DNA from: Syntrophales bacterium
GTDB lineage: Bacteria; Desulfobacterota; Syntrophia; Syntrophales; UBA2210
Assembly: GCA_963666365.2 (NCBI GenBank)
Contig: CAXXNF010000002.1
Span: 768,001-832,000 of the forward strand
Direction of reading: 5' to 3'
DNA length: 64,000 nt
Part shown: piece after piece, positions 41,601 to 51,234 of the stretch
Position numbering within the stretch: the stretch's first letter is position 1
Layout of the letters: every line of letters starts with the position of its first letter
Notes under the pieces: generated by a model
Seen by the model: only the letters and a program-made list of their open reading frames with translations
The model's database searches: none
What the model was told of the DNA's origin: nothing
Translations under genes and position numbers: made by a program

Positions 41601-42077
41601 TATGATGCCAGCAAGCGCTTTCGAATATCTGTCAACCCTGTCCTCTACCGATGCCAGAACATTTTCTGTCAGGCCGAAGTCCCTGGTGATCGACTTTTTG
41701 AGACTGTTCTTGACAGTCCGTTTTTTTGACTCGATCTGGAGAAAGTCCCACAGAGAAACCGCTTCAAAATGATCGATCAAGCGCACACCACGAGGTTTCT
41801 GCCGTCTTAATGACCGTAACAGATCGTTATCGCCGGTAATTTCGATGAGAAAATCCAGATGGCCACGAGTAAAAAGATTGCGATAATCAGTGGTAGTATA
41901 TATTCCCCTTCTTTTCGCATAGAGAAGACCCCGGGCACATTCATTAAGATCGGCAACTCCCACAATTACCGTCCCGAGATCGGCAAAACCGGTGTCCAAC
42001 ACAATGCTCAGAATGTCTTTACAGACCCGCCCACCACCGACAATGGCGATTTTTGACTGTTTAAAAAGATCAACCAT
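38658..42077 (-). CDS. Cytoplasmic sensor histidine kinase: Rossmann-like + PAS x3 + GAF + PAS + HisKA/HATPase
   Basis: IAIVGGG..VGVAD N-terminus; PAS repeats; [32 protein letters not shown]; no TM segment. Confidence 0.92.
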   Translation of the reverse strand: MVDLFKQSKIAIVGGGRVCKDILSIVLDTGFADLGTVIVGVADLNECARGLLYAKRRGIYTTTDYRNLFTRGHLDFLIEITGDNDLLRSLRRQKPRGVRLIDHFEAVSLWDFLQIESKKRTVKNSLKKSITRDFGLTENVLASVEDRVDRYSKALAGIIGDRTAHLQTVERKLVRRERVLSQIIQGSAIPIFVIDNNHTITHWNKALEVLTGHAAKDLIGTNDQWKAFYSEDQPCLADFIVDKVSKDRIQRYYGSRLRPFSLLKGAYQAEDFFPNLGVTGKWLYFTAAPIRGIDGRLQGAIETLWDVSAERQAKQVLEDLVALEESILDAIPTAVLVLRRRRIEFANDAAESVFGWKPAELIGKNTRILYRSEEEYRQIGMLLYETLKKYRSFTHEFPCVRKDGSEILCVMRSARIGDELKDQSVVAAYEDITERTRAEKELIKREKTLSEIVEGISIPAFVINKDHTIIHWNRALERLTGYKAKEIVGTAKHWEAFYTGEKPILADLLVDRAGLNEIRRYYGEKGRVSRFIEGAYEAENFFPQMGSKGRWLYITAAPIKGADGAVEGAIETFWDITDSKLLKNEREQHIRQLSSLWEITSAFSATLDLDETLKAALSGIITHLDIDSAGVYLREDNDVFRVAYSMGYRDPFYKTGSFVGSDGIIGEVARRGTMMFLEDVKHIKTPYKKYAQKEGLKTAAYIPLSSNKGVFGVIRISSHRTNKLSEEDKNVLSIIGNHLSLQIENAQLHHETKMFGKSLEIKVKEKTRELEASYHDLRLSEEKYRSMFDADPNPIFIFEKASLKILDVNATAVKCYGYRREDFLNMTFVNLANMPDKKLADELRGMLSHESRFFPKRLHRKGNGASFFVDMHVSSIRFMGRDCLIATTPDVTENVQKETQLIQASKMATLGTMASGIAHEINQPLNVIQVCADFFMKTLKRGDKIEDNDLYAMCEEIEKNVQRAASTIKHMKDFSRQSEVTSDKININKPILDVFKILGQQLRVHQIEVELDLEDDISPINADHNRMEQVFINLVTNAMDALDERRRPLEGERRKCVKIRSYAENDRVVVTVFDNGTGMSEEVKDKIFEPFFTTKGVGKGTGLGMSISYGIVTDYGGTIEVDSMIDKGTTFTLSFPAIS

Positions 42078-42105
42078 GGCCAACTCTCTGTGCGATTATG
42101 CGGTG

Positions 42106-43587
42106 TTACCCGCCGAATGCCGCTTTTGCCGCCATTTTGGCAAGTGTGAGAAATACGCCGGGAAAGACAAAGAGCACAAAAGAAACCACGGCGGTGACAA
42201 CAGGCGGCAGGACCGCGAAAAAAGGCGCTTCGTTCATTTTCGTTGCTTCATTGAAACGCTCTCCCCGCGAAAAAAAGGCGTTGTAGGTTATGGGAAGAAA
42301 ATAGGCGGCGTTTAAAAGCGAACTGGTAAGAATCACCACCAGTATTGGCAGTTGATGCGCATCAATGCATCCAAGTGCGAGATACCACTTGCTGAGAAAA
42401 CCGCCGAATGGCGGTATCCCGATGACACTGAGAGAACCGAGAAAGAACGCGGCCATCGTGATCGGCATCATTCTGCCGATTCCTTTCATCTCACTTATTT
42501 TTTTCAACCCGGTATGAACAATAATGGCGCCGGCGCAGAAAAAGAGTGTGATCTTTCCGAAAGCGTGCATCGCAATGTGTATCACGCCGCCGGTCATACC
42601 GATTACACTCAGCAGTCCTCCTCCCATGATAATATACGACAACTGACTGACCGTCGAATAGGCAAGTCTGGCCTTGAGGTCGTCCTGACGAAGCGCAAAA
42701 AGAGAACCCACAATAATGGTCACCGATATGAGATAAAGCAAACACACATCAAGAGAAAGACTGTGCATCAAATCAATGCCATAAATATTGAAACATATCC
42801 GCAACACGGAAAAAACACCCACCTTTACCACTGCAACGGCGTGGAGCAGGGCACTGACCGGCGTGGGGGCAACCATGGCGGAAGGAAGCCATGAGTGAAT
42901 TGGCATGATTGCCGCCTTGCCGATTCCGAAAATAAAGAGGAAAAACACCACGGTCAGAATCATATTCCCGCCTTTGCCGGCCATGATGCCCTGATCGGCA
43001 AAATCGAGCGTTCCGGTAAGGTAATAGGTGATGATCATTGCGGGCAGGAAGAAGGCAATCGACGTTCCCATAAGATAGGTCAGATATTTTCTTCCCGCAT
43101 ACCGGGCTTCTTTATCCTGATGGTGGGTCACCAGTGAATAGGTAGACAGGGACAGCATCTCGTAAAACAGGTACAGCGTGAGGAGATTGGCGGAAAAGGC
43201 CACCCCGATTGCAGATGAAAGAGCCAGGCAAAAAAAAGTAAAATATCTGGTCTGTGAGTGTTCTTTCAGAGGACGCATATATCCGATTGAATAAAGCGTC
43301 GTTACGATCCAGAGAGATGAGGCGACCAGTGCAAAGAGCATCCCCATTGCGTCTACTCGAAAGGCAATTCCCACGGACGGTATCACCTCGACAAGGGTGT
43401 AGACAATTATTTTACCCTCGAGAACAACAGGCAGCATCGACAGGATTATCCCGAATTTCACGAGAGCAATAAGAATACTTGTACATTCCCTCAAATTCGG
43501 TTTTTTCCCCGTAAGCACGATCAAAAGTGATCCAAAAAGAGAAACCGCAATCGCAAGCAGTGGCTTAATCGAGGTCAATATTTCCAT
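42106..43587 (-). CDS. Mrp antiporter subunit D-family protein (second paralog)
   Basis: FYEMLS, KAAIMPIHSWLPSAMVAPTPVSALLHAVAVVK, LAYSTVSQL, HAFGKITLF. Confidence 0.9.
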   Translation of the reverse strand: MEILTSIKPLLAIAVSLFGSLLIVLTGKKPNLRECTSILIALVKFGIILSMLPVVLEGKIIVYTLVEVIPSVGIAFRVDAMGMLFALVASSLWIVTTLYSIGYMRPLKEHSQTRYFTFFCLALSSAIGVAFSANLLTLYLFYEMLSLSTYSLVTHHQDKEARYAGRKYLTYLMGTSIAFFLPAMIITYYLTGTLDFADQGIMAGKGGNMILTVVFFLFIFGIGKAAIMPIHSWLPSAMVAPTPVSALLHAVAVVKVGVFSVLRICFNIYGIDLMHSLSLDVCLLYLISVTIIVGSLFALRQDDLKARLAYSTVSQLSYIIMGGGLLSVIGMTGGVIHIAMHAFGKITLFFCAGAIIVHTGLKKISEMKGIGRMMPITMAAFFLGSLSVIGIPPFGGFLSKWYLALGCIDAHQLPILVVILTSSLLNAAYFLPITYNAFFSRGERFNEATKMNEAPFFAVLPPVVTAVVSFVLFVFPGVFLTLAKMAAKAAFGG

Positions 43588-44236
43588 AGTTCCCCCCAAA
43601 ATAGTGATTTATATCATTAAAATCTTTATACCGAAGGCATTGTTTCCCCATTTTTACCAGGCTTGCATAGAGTACATCTTTTGCAAACACCAGGTCTGCA
43701 TCCTGGGCCGGGCAGATATCGGAATACCCATCGCCGATGTAAATTATTTCGTCATAGTTTCTGCGAAAGCGTCTCAGGAGAGAACGCTTGCAATTGCCGC
43801 ATCGGTTGCATTCGATATTTTTATGCGGAAATTCAATCGATATCGTTCCATCTTCATGGAAGCACATTTTATTTGCATAATATCTGATGTCGCGAAAAGC
43901 GTACTTCTTCAGCATCGCATCAATATAAAAATCCAGTCCGTCAGAAATAATTACAACGTCAAAGCAGTTGCCGACGGTGCACAAACGGTAAAAATCCGGG
44001 AAGAACGCATCGATGGTCCCCTGAGATTCTACATACCGCACCATTTCTTCTTTCGTCGCGCGATAGAGAGGCGCCGCCATGCGATAGGCTTCCTGTGATC
44101 CAAGAAGTCCCGCCTCATAGGCTCTGCTTATTGATTCCCACCCGTCTTCGGCCGCAAAATGCTTCAGTACCCGATACCCCATGTCCTTTGGGCTCACTGT
44201 ACCGTCGAAATCACAGGCGATCAGCTTTTTCCTCAT
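43565..44236 (-). CDS. MtnX-like HAD-IB phosphatase
   Basis: CDFDGT, IISDG, CGNCK, YIGDGYSD, VFAK. Confidence 0.85.
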   Translation of the reverse strand: MRKKLIACDFDGTVSPKDMGYRVLKHFAAEDGWESISRAYEAGLLGSQEAYRMAAPLYRATKEEMVRYVESQGTIDAFFPDFYRLCTVGNCFDVVIISDGLDFYIDAMLKKYAFRDIRYYANKMCFHEDGTISIEFPHKNIECNRCGNCKRSLLRRFRRNYDEIIYIGDGYSDICPAQDADLVFAKDVLYASLVKMGKQCLRYKDFNDINHYFGGNYGNIDLD

Positions 44237-44597
44237 GTGATTCGCGACCCTGCCCTTCCTCATCCGCGTTCAGTGCTTTTTTGTGTTTTCTCACTTGATC
44301 CGCAATGAGGTAGGCGCCCAAAAGGATTAATAATCCTGGGAATATATAGGCAACTGCTTTTTCAAACTGATCATAAAAGTTTTTCACTACAAAGAAGAGT
44401 ACCCCGACGATACCGATAAACCATCCTCCGAGATCCTGCATTTTTCTTGCGAGCGTGGCAACAGCCACGACAATCAGCAAGATGGGCCAGCTCTTGGAAA
44501 AATCATAGGTACCCGTTGTATTCAAAATGATTAAAACCCCCAATGCGATGAGGATCAACGCACCGGTTATTTTCATCTTTTTTTCATGAACTTCCAC
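44211..44597 (-). CDS. LiaI/LiaF-like (DUF5668-type) 4-TM membrane protein
   Basis: GALILIALGVLIIL..WPILLIVV and P.LLILLG repeats. Confidence 0.6.
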   Translation of the reverse strand: MEVHEKKMKITGALILIALGVLIILNTTGTYDFSKSWPILLIVVAVATLARKMQDLGGWFIGIVGVLFFVVKNFYDQFEKAVAYIFPGLLILLGAYLIADQVRKHKKALNADEEGQGRESHEEKADRL

Positions 44598-44717
44598 TGC
44601 TCCATTCCTCCACAGATTATTGATTTAACAACGCAATAGGGATTTAACGGTAGCTTTTCAATTCATACATTTATCGACCGCCTCAATGAAAGCAATCACG
44701 TGATGATGTGGTTCCCC

Positions 44718-45479
44718 TTATTCCGTACCGCCCTTACCTATCAATGATTGAAAGGGCTTGAAAAGATCAATTGGTATGGGGAAAAGCGTGGTTGAGTTGT
44801 TTTCCGCCGCCACCACAGTCAAGGTCTGAAGATATCGCAACTGCAATGCAATCGGCTGTTTCGCAATCAGGGCGCCTGCCTCTGCCAGCTTTTCCGCCGC
44901 CTGAAATTCCCCTTCGGCATTAATGACCTTTGCTCTTCGTTCCCTTTCGGCTTCAGCCTGTTTCGCCATGGCGCGCTGCATTTCTTGGGGAAGATCGATA
45001 TGCTTGACCTCGACGGTGGTCACTTTAATACCCCAGGGGTCGGTGCTTCTGTCCAGTATTTCCTGCAACTGAGCGTTAATCTTTTCCCTCTCCGACAGAA
45101 TTTCATCGAGCTCGACCTGTCCGCAGACACTTCGCAGTGTGGTCTGTGCCAGCTGAGATGTGGCATAAAGAAAATTTTCAACCTCTACAACAGCGGAATT
45201 GGCGGACATAACCCTGAAATAGATTACGGCGTTGACCTTGATGGACACATTATCGCGGGTGATTACATCCTGAGGAGGAACATCCATGGTGATGATTCTC
45301 ATGTCTATTTTAACCATGCGGTCGACAATGGGAATCAAGATTATAAGGCCCGGTCCCTTTGTATCGATAATTCTCCCAAGTCGGAAAATCACTCCCCGTT
45401 CGTACTCGTTGAGCACGCGTATAGCCGAGGCCAGAAACAATACAACCAGCACTATAATTATAATTGCAGGATATAACAT
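44718..45479 (-). CDS. Slipin (SPFH/band 7, stomatin-like) protein
   Basis: [46 protein letters not shown]. Confidence 0.95.
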   Translation of the reverse strand: MLYPAIIIIVLVVLFLASAIRVLNEYERGVIFRLGRIIDTKGPGLIILIPIVDRMVKIDMRIITMDVPPQDVITRDNVSIKVNAVIYFRVMSANSAVVEVENFLYATSQLAQTTLRSVCGQVELDEILSEREKINAQLQEILDRSTDPWGIKVTTVEVKHIDLPQEMQRAMAKQAEAERERRAKVINAEGEFQAAEKLAEAGALIAKQPIALQLRYLQTLTVVAAENNSTTLFPIPIDLFKPFQSLIGKGGTE

Positions 45480-45566
45480 GGGCTCATTCCTCCTTTTTTA
45501 AAATTGTTCGCTTTTTTCTCTCACCCGTGATGGCGATGGAAACGACAGTCCTCCCTGCCCTGTCTG

Positions 45567-46871
45567 TTACAAAGGTTCGACCTCTACTTTAAGCCCTCTG
45601 ACGCCTGTTACGCGGACGGAAGCTCCTTTTTCGATGGGAACAGGACTCACGGCGTTCCAATATTCCCCCTTCACGAACACTCTTCCTTCCTCGTGTACGG
45701 GAGTAAGCGCTCTGCCTGTTTGACCGATCATCCCTTCTTCTCCCGTTGCGGGACGTCTCATCTGCGCCTTGACGGCAAGTGAAATGACAGTGACAAAGAA
45801 CGCGCTGATTACCACAACAGCCGGAATCATTACGCTGAATGACACGCGAAGATCGGGGATCGATGCGTCAAAAAGTAAGAGAGATCCGAGCACCAACGAA
45901 ACAATACCTGCTACCGTAAGCATGCCGTGACTCACCACTTTTATCTCCAGAATAAAAAGAATCACGGCGAAAAGTATCAACAGCACTCCCGCATAGTTCA
46001 CGGGCAGTGTCTGCATGGCGAAAAAGGCGAGAATAAGCGATATCCCGCCCACGACTCCCGGAAGCACCGCTCCCGGATTGGAAAACTCGAAATAAAGACC
46101 GGCAAGTCCTATCAGAAGCAGCAAATATGCTATATTCGGATTGCTCAATGTTGTCAATATTCTTTCCCGCAGTCCCATACTTTTTTCGTTGATGCGGATC
46201 TTTTTTGTGTCCAGTGTCAGGGGCCCGGAGGGAAGTATAATCGTTTTTCCGTCGATTTTTGCTAACAGATCTTCTACATTCTCGGCAACAAGATCGATCA
46301 CCTTCCTTTTGGCCGCCTCCTCGGCCGTGATGGACTCGCTTTTTCGTACGGCAAGTTCCGCCCATTCGACACTCCTTTGCCGTTTTTCAGCGATGCCGAC
46401 TGCGTAGGCTACCGCGTCGTTTTCCACTTTCTTCGCCATGGTCTCGTCCATCTTGCCGCCCAGACCGATTGCCACAGGATGGGCGGCGCCTATGTTGGTT
46501 CCCGGCGCCATGGCCGCAATGTGCGCGGCCATGGTGATCATGACGCCGGCAGAGGCGGCGCGCGCGCCGGAAGGATAGACGAACACGATTACCGGCACCG
46601 GCGCATTAAGAATCTTTTTTACAATGTTTCGCATTGAAGTATCGAGGCCTCCCGGGGTATCCAGAAGAATAATGATGCCTCCATCGCCAACAGGAACTTC
46701 GTCTATGCTCATTTCGATGTAGTCCGCTACCGCGGGGGTAATCGCCGCATCAATGGCAATGACATCATAAACGCCCCCTTCCGAAGCGTTGCTTTGTCGC
46801 ACCGTACATCCAATCCCGCAGAGTGTCAGGAAGACGAGAAATATTACAATACGCTTTAATGTGGCATTCAT
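45567..46871 (-). CDS. nfeD: NfeD membrane-bound serine protease (long form)
   Basis: LDTPGGL, RAASAG, APGTNIGAAHP, TM bundle, C-terminal OB (GEYWNA); paired with slipin. Confidence 0.92.
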   Translation of the reverse strand: MNATLKRIVIFLVFLTLCGIGCTVRQSNASEGGVYDVIAIDAAITPAVADYIEMSIDEVPVGDGGIIILLDTPGGLDTSMRNIVKKILNAPVPVIVFVYPSGARAASAGVMITMAAHIAAMAPGTNIGAAHPVAIGLGGKMDETMAKKVENDAVAYAVGIAEKRQRSVEWAELAVRKSESITAEEAAKRKVIDLVAENVEDLLAKIDGKTIILPSGPLTLDTKKIRINEKSMGLRERILTTLSNPNIAYLLLLIGLAGLYFEFSNPGAVLPGVVGGISLILAFFAMQTLPVNYAGVLLILFAVILFILEIKVVSHGMLTVAGIVSLVLGSLLLFDASIPDLRVSFSVMIPAVVVISAFFVTVISLAVKAQMRRPATGEEGMIGQTGRALTPVHEEGRVFVKGEYWNAVSPVPIEKGASVRVTGVRGLKVEVEPL

Positions 46872-46890
46872 TAATCCCCCACTTTCCCGA

Positions 46891-47637
46891 TCAGTCTCGA
46901 TCTTTTAAATACTTCATAATAATCTGCACATCGTCCCATACCTGTTTTTTCGCACCGGGATTCCGCAGCAGATATGCCGGATGATAGGTGGGCATGAGAT
47001 TAATTCCCTGATAGAAGTGAAACTTTCCCCTCAGTAAAGTAATGGGCACTTCTTTCCTGAGCAGGGTTTTTGCCGCAAAACTGCCGAGCGCGCATATTAC
47101 CTTTGGCGCCAATGCCTCCAGTTGTTTCTTAAGGAACGGCTCGCAGGCAGCTATCTCCTCAGGCCTGGGGTTTCTGTTCCCCGGCGGTCGACATTTGAGA
47201 ATGTTGCAAATATACACATCCTGACGAGTAAATCCCATCGCCTCGATAATTTTTGTCAAGAGCTGTCCGGCCCTTCCTACAAAGGGTTTCCCCTGCCTGT
47301 CCTCCTGTTCTCCCGGCGCTTCTCCCACAAACACCAAATCCGCATGGGGGTTTCCTTCACCAAAGACGATATTGTTTCTTCCCTGTGAGAGGCCGCAACG
47401 CCTGCAATTTCCCAGTTCATCCTGTATTGCGGTGAGGGAAAGCGTCGAATATGCCGGACTTATCTGAGATTCACCTTCAACCGGGCGGCGCGATACAGTA
47501 ATTTTCTCAGACTGAGGTGCATGATGCCTGTCCCCACCTATACAACATCCGCTCCCTTCCTCTTCTCGCAGTATCCGTTTCAGTGCCCCTGCGAGTTCGC
47601 ACAGTTCCCTTTGAGGATCATTTTCATTTTGAATCAT
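46891..47637 (-). CDS. Uracil-DNA glycosylase family 4
   Basis: CRRCGL, VGEAPG, PFVGRAG, KCRPPGNR, TYHPAYLLR. Confidence 0.93.
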   Translation of the reverse strand: MIQNENDPQRELCELAGALKRILREEEGSGCCIGGDRHHAPQSEKITVSRRPVEGESQISPAYSTLSLTAIQDELGNCRRCGLSQGRNNIVFGEGNPHADLVFVGEAPGEQEDRQGKPFVGRAGQLLTKIIEAMGFTRQDVYICNILKCRPPGNRNPRPEEIAACEPFLKKQLEALAPKVICALGSFAAKTLLRKEVPITLLRGKFHFYQGINLMPTYHPAYLLRNPGAKKQVWDDVQIIMKYLKDRD

Positions 47638-47644
47638 GAATCTG

Positions 47645-48847
47645 TCAAACCGTCATTTTTTGCAGAAGTGCGGATACTCTGTCCAGGATCGCATCGGCCA
47701 CGTCACCTTTCCCCATCATGGGCAGCCTTTCCATTGCACCGCTGCGGTCGATTAATGTAACAATGTTAGTGTCATGTTTAAATCCTGAGCCGGGCTCGCT
47801 GAGATCATTCGCAACGATGAGGTCCATGCACTTTTCAGTCATTTTTTTCTTTGCGTTTTCTATAAGATCGTCCGTCTCCATGGCGAAACCGACCACAATT
47901 TTATTCCCCTTCCCCTTTCCTATTTCAGCGATGATATCAGGGTTTTTTTTCAGATCAACGCAAAGCGCGTCCTTTTCTTTTTTAATTTTTGACGGAGAAA
48001 ACCGTGCCGGACGATAATCCGACACCGCAGCGGCCTTGACAACCACGTCGGCCTTGTCTAAATTTTCCATCACCGCCTGGTGCATCTGAAGGGCACTCTC
48101 TATGGGTACCACCCTGACCCCCTGCGGCGGGACCATCGATGTCGGACCGCTCACGAGCGTGACATCCCCACCGCGGCGCCTGGCCATGACTGCGATGGCA
48201 TACCCCATTTTACCAGATGAATGATTCGTTATAAAACGCACCGGATCAAGCGCCTCCTGTGTGGGTCCCGCCGTTACCAGTATGCGCACCCCTTGAAGAT
48301 CTTTCTTTGTGAAAATTGTCTCTACTTCCTCCAGTATATCTTCAAGCGGAGGAAGCCTCCCCGGTCCCTCGGTCTTACAGGCGAGACTGCCCGACGCAGC
48401 CTTCATGACATGATAGCCCAAGGAAGCCAACTTTTGTAAATTCGACTCAACTACGGGGTTCGTATACATGTTGGTGTTCATCGCGGGACAGAGCAGCACC
48501 GGCGATTTTACCGCAGTAACGACGGTAGTGAGAAGATCGTCGGCGATCCCTGAAGCAATTTTCCCGATCACGTTGGCCGTTGCAGGCGCGATGACCATGA
48601 TATCGGCCCACACGGCAAGTGCGATATGGTCGATTTCGCTTCGTGACGTCATCTGAAAAGTGTCAATATAGACAGGATTTTCACTTACCGTCTGCAAGGT
48701 TACGGGGGTAACAAACTGGCGTGCATTGTCGGTCATGACAACCTTGACTTTTGCCCCCTCCTTTGTCATCATCCGTACCAGTTCAGGTATTTTGTAGGCG
48801 GCAATTCCACCGGTAATGCCCAAAACGATATTACTGTCGCGCAACAT
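47645..48847 (-). CDS. coaBC: Bifunctional phosphopantothenoylcysteine decarboxylase/synthetase
   Basis: GITGGIAAYK, APATAN, PAMNTNM, TAGPT..DPVRFITNHSSGKMG, AAAVSDY. Confidence 0.97.
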   Translation of the reverse strand: MLRDSNIVLGITGGIAAYKIPELVRMMTKEGAKVKVVMTDNARQFVTPVTLQTVSENPVYIDTFQMTSRSEIDHIALAVWADIMVIAPATANVIGKIASGIADDLLTTVVTAVKSPVLLCPAMNTNMYTNPVVESNLQKLASLGYHVMKAASGSLACKTEGPGRLPPLEDILEEVETIFTKKDLQGVRILVTAGPTQEALDPVRFITNHSSGKMGYAIAVMARRRGGDVTLVSGPTSMVPPQGVRVVPIESALQMHQAVMENLDKADVVVKAAAVSDYRPARFSPSKIKKEKDALCVDLKKNPDIIAEIGKGKGNKIVVGFAMETDDLIENAKKKMTEKCMDLIVANDLSEPGSGFKHDTNIVTLIDRSGAMERLPMMGKGDVADAILDRVSALLQKMTV

Positions 48848-48890
48848 GGCGGTAGTGACCCCTTTCATTCACTCTTATGACTGTATCCGC

Positions 48891-48919
48891 ACGATAACAG
48901 GTATTATGAGTGAGGTCAA
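48891..48919 (-). promoter_or_regulatory. sigma70 promoter for coaBC
   Basis: TTGACC-17 bp-TATCGT with TG extended -10. Confidence 0.55.
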
Positions 48920-48957
48920 CGGATTATAGATTTAATTCAATCTTAAGGCCTGTGGAC

Positions 48958-48985
48958 TTGCAAAATGGTTTAGGTTCCCTATAAT
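48958..48985 (+). promoter_or_regulatory. sigma70 promoter for the M23 peptidase gene
   Basis: TTGCAA-16 bp-TATAAT; supports start at ATG 49017. Confidence 0.55.
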
Positions 48986-49016
48986 GGGGGTACTTTGGAA
49001 AGGAAGGAACGGTACT

Positions 49017-50348
49017 ATGTTCAATTATTCACGCTGGACACTCCCGCTGGCAATACTTGTCGTAATTGTTGCAGGTCTATGGATGCTGCTTACCTATTTC
49101 GAAGGAGAAAAACCGTCGATACAACTGGGCCAGGAAATTGCCTTTATCGGTATGCGCACCGATCTTACCCTCACATGCAGCGATGCGCGACAGGGGCTGC
49201 GAACCATTCAGGCGCGACTGGTGCAGCAGGGGAGGAACTATCCCGTGGCGGATGTTGCCTTTCCCAAACGGGGTGTACACAATGCAACATCAGTGATTAC
49301 GATTGATCCCGGCGCGCTGAAGCTTAAAGAGGGGAAAGCGGACCTCGAAATTACCGCTATCGACTATTCTCTCAGAAAGAATCTTGCCACTCTGTCGCTC
49401 CCGGTCACAATTGACAGAACGCCCCCTCGAATATTTCCTGTGAGCTCCTCTCACTACATAAATCCCGGCGGTTCCTGTCTCACGGTCTACCGTCTTTCCG
49501 AATCCGTCGCAGAAAACGGCGTCCTGGTGAATGAAACATTTTTTCCCGCCTACAAGGTCAGCGATGATGAATCACCCCTTTTCGCCGTTCTTTTTGCCTT
49601 GCCGCCGCATCAACCGGAAAAAACCATAAAAATAGGCATCTTCGCCCGTGACTTTGCCGGAAATGAAATGTTTTCCTCAATTCCCCATCATATTCGCGTC
49701 AAAAAATTCAGGAAAGATACCATGCGCATAGGAAAATCGTTTCTGGAGAACAAGATGCCCGAATTTCGTCATCTCTGTCCCGCCTTGAAGGACGATGCGT
49801 CACTGCTGGACCTGTTTGTCTACGTAAACGAGACACTGCGTAAAAAAAACCTGGAAGAGGTCATCGGCATCTGTGCAAGGAGTCGCTCTCAACAGCTCTG
49901 GAAAGAACCGTTTCTCAGGATGAGCAATGCAGCCACCATGGCGACATTCGGCGACAAAAGAATCTATGTCTTCGAAGGCAAAAAAATCAGCAGCAGCACT
50001 CATCTCGGCATCGATCTCGCGTCCACGGTCAATGCAACAATCGAAGCGTCGAACAGCGGGATTGTCGTCTATTGCGGGAACATAGGCATATATGGCAATA
50101 CGGTCATCATCGACCACGGTCTCGGACTCTTCAGTTTTTATGCCCACCTGTCGTTGGTCAGCGTTGAAAAGGGTGTGTCCGTTACCAGGGGCCAGCCCAT
50201 CGGAAAATCGGGCACGTCGGGCCTTGCCGGCGGCGACCACCTCCATTTTGGTATTTTCGTCGGCAAGAGTTTCGTCAACCCTCAGGAATGGTGGGATCCC
50301 CACTGGATAGAGGACAACATCACAAAAAAGATCGACCTCGCGCCATAA
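49017..50348 (+). CDS. M23 family metallopeptidase
   Basis: N-terminal TM; HLGIDLA, YGNTVIIDHG, YAHLS, DHLHFG. Confidence 0.92.
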   Translation: MFNYSRWTLPLAILVVIVAGLWMLLTYFEGEKPSIQLGQEIAFIGMRTDLTLTCSDARQGLRTIQARLVQQGRNYPVADVAFPKRGVHNATSVITIDPGALKLKEGKADLEITAIDYSLRKNLATLSLPVTIDRTPPRIFPVSSSHYINPGGSCLTVYRLSESVAENGVLVNETFFPAYKVSDDESPLFAVLFALPPHQPEKTIKIGIFARDFAGNEMFSSIPHHIRVKKFRKDTMRIGKSFLENKMPEFRHLCPALKDDASLLDLFVYVNETLRKKNLEEVIGICARSRSQQLWKEPFLRMSNAATMATFGDKRIYVFEGKKISSSTHLGIDLASTVNATIEASNSGIVVYCGNIGIYGNTVIIDHGLGLFSFYAHLSLVSVEKGVSVTRGQPIGKSGTSGLAGGDHLHFGIFVGKSFVNPQEWWDPHWIEDNITKKIDLAP

Positions 50349-50367
50349 ATAACAATAACAGATTCAT

Positions 50368-51234
50368 TCAACCCTTGTTCACATCGCGATGGTTTATATT
50401 GATGGCATATGATTTTCCGGAAAAAAAATGTGCCAGGTGATTCGCGATGACCACCGATCGGTGTTTTCCGCCGGTGCAGCCGATTCCGATTGTAAGATAG
50501 GCCTTCCCTTCTTTTTCGAAAAGAGGAACAAGAAAGGACATCATTTCAAATAGCACGCGGAGAAACTGCCGCGACTCTTCCCATTTCAGGACATAGGCGT
50601 CCACCGTCTCGTCATTGCCTGTATAATTTTTCAGATCCTGCACAAAATAGGGGTTTGGGAGAAACCTGACATCAAACACAATATCCGCATCCGGAGGCAG
50701 GCCGTAGCGATAACCGAAGGAAGTCACATTGATCGTCATTCTCTTCCCCTCAAGGGGGTTGAGGTAATATTTTTGCACGATCTCCTTCAGCTCATGCACA
50801 TTAAAGAAGGAGGTATCGATCACGTTATTGGCCATTTCCTTTATTTTGGCCAACTGCTCCCGTTCAAGGGCGATGCTTTCCAGAACAGTCCTCTTCTCCG
50901 ACAGGGGATGGGAGCGCCGTGTTTCACTAAATCGATGAAGAAGAGAATCCTCGCGCGCATCAAGAAAAAGTATCTCTATATTGTAGTTCTTTTTTTTCAC
51001 CCTATTGATGATTTCGACAAATTTATCGAGAAAGTTCTTTTCTCGAAGATCCATTACCAGTGCCACCTTTGAAATCTCTCCCGCTACCTCTACCTGAATT
51101 TCCAAAAACTTCGGCAGAAGCAATATGGGCAGATTATCGACACAGAAAAAACCGATGTCTTCCAATGCGCGAAGGGCAGTGCTTTTCCCCGAACCTGAAA
51201 TTCCTGTTATGATGACCACACGGACATTCTTCAT
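50368..51234 (-). CDS. rapZ: RNase adapter RapZ
   Basis: [32 protein letters not shown]. Confidence 0.96.
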   Translation of the reverse strand: MKNVRVVIITGISGSGKSTALRALEDIGFFCVDNLPILLLPKFLEIQVEVAGEISKVALVMDLREKNFLDKFVEIINRVKKKNYNIEILFLDAREDSLLHRFSETRRSHPLSEKRTVLESIALEREQLAKIKEMANNVIDTSFFNVHELKEIVQKYYLNPLEGKRMTINVTSFGYRYGLPPDADIVFDVRFLPNPYFVQDLKNYTGNDETVDAYVLKWEESRQFLRVLFEMMSFLVPLFEKEGKAYLTIGIGCTGGKHRSVVIANHLAHFFSGKSYAININHRDVNKG

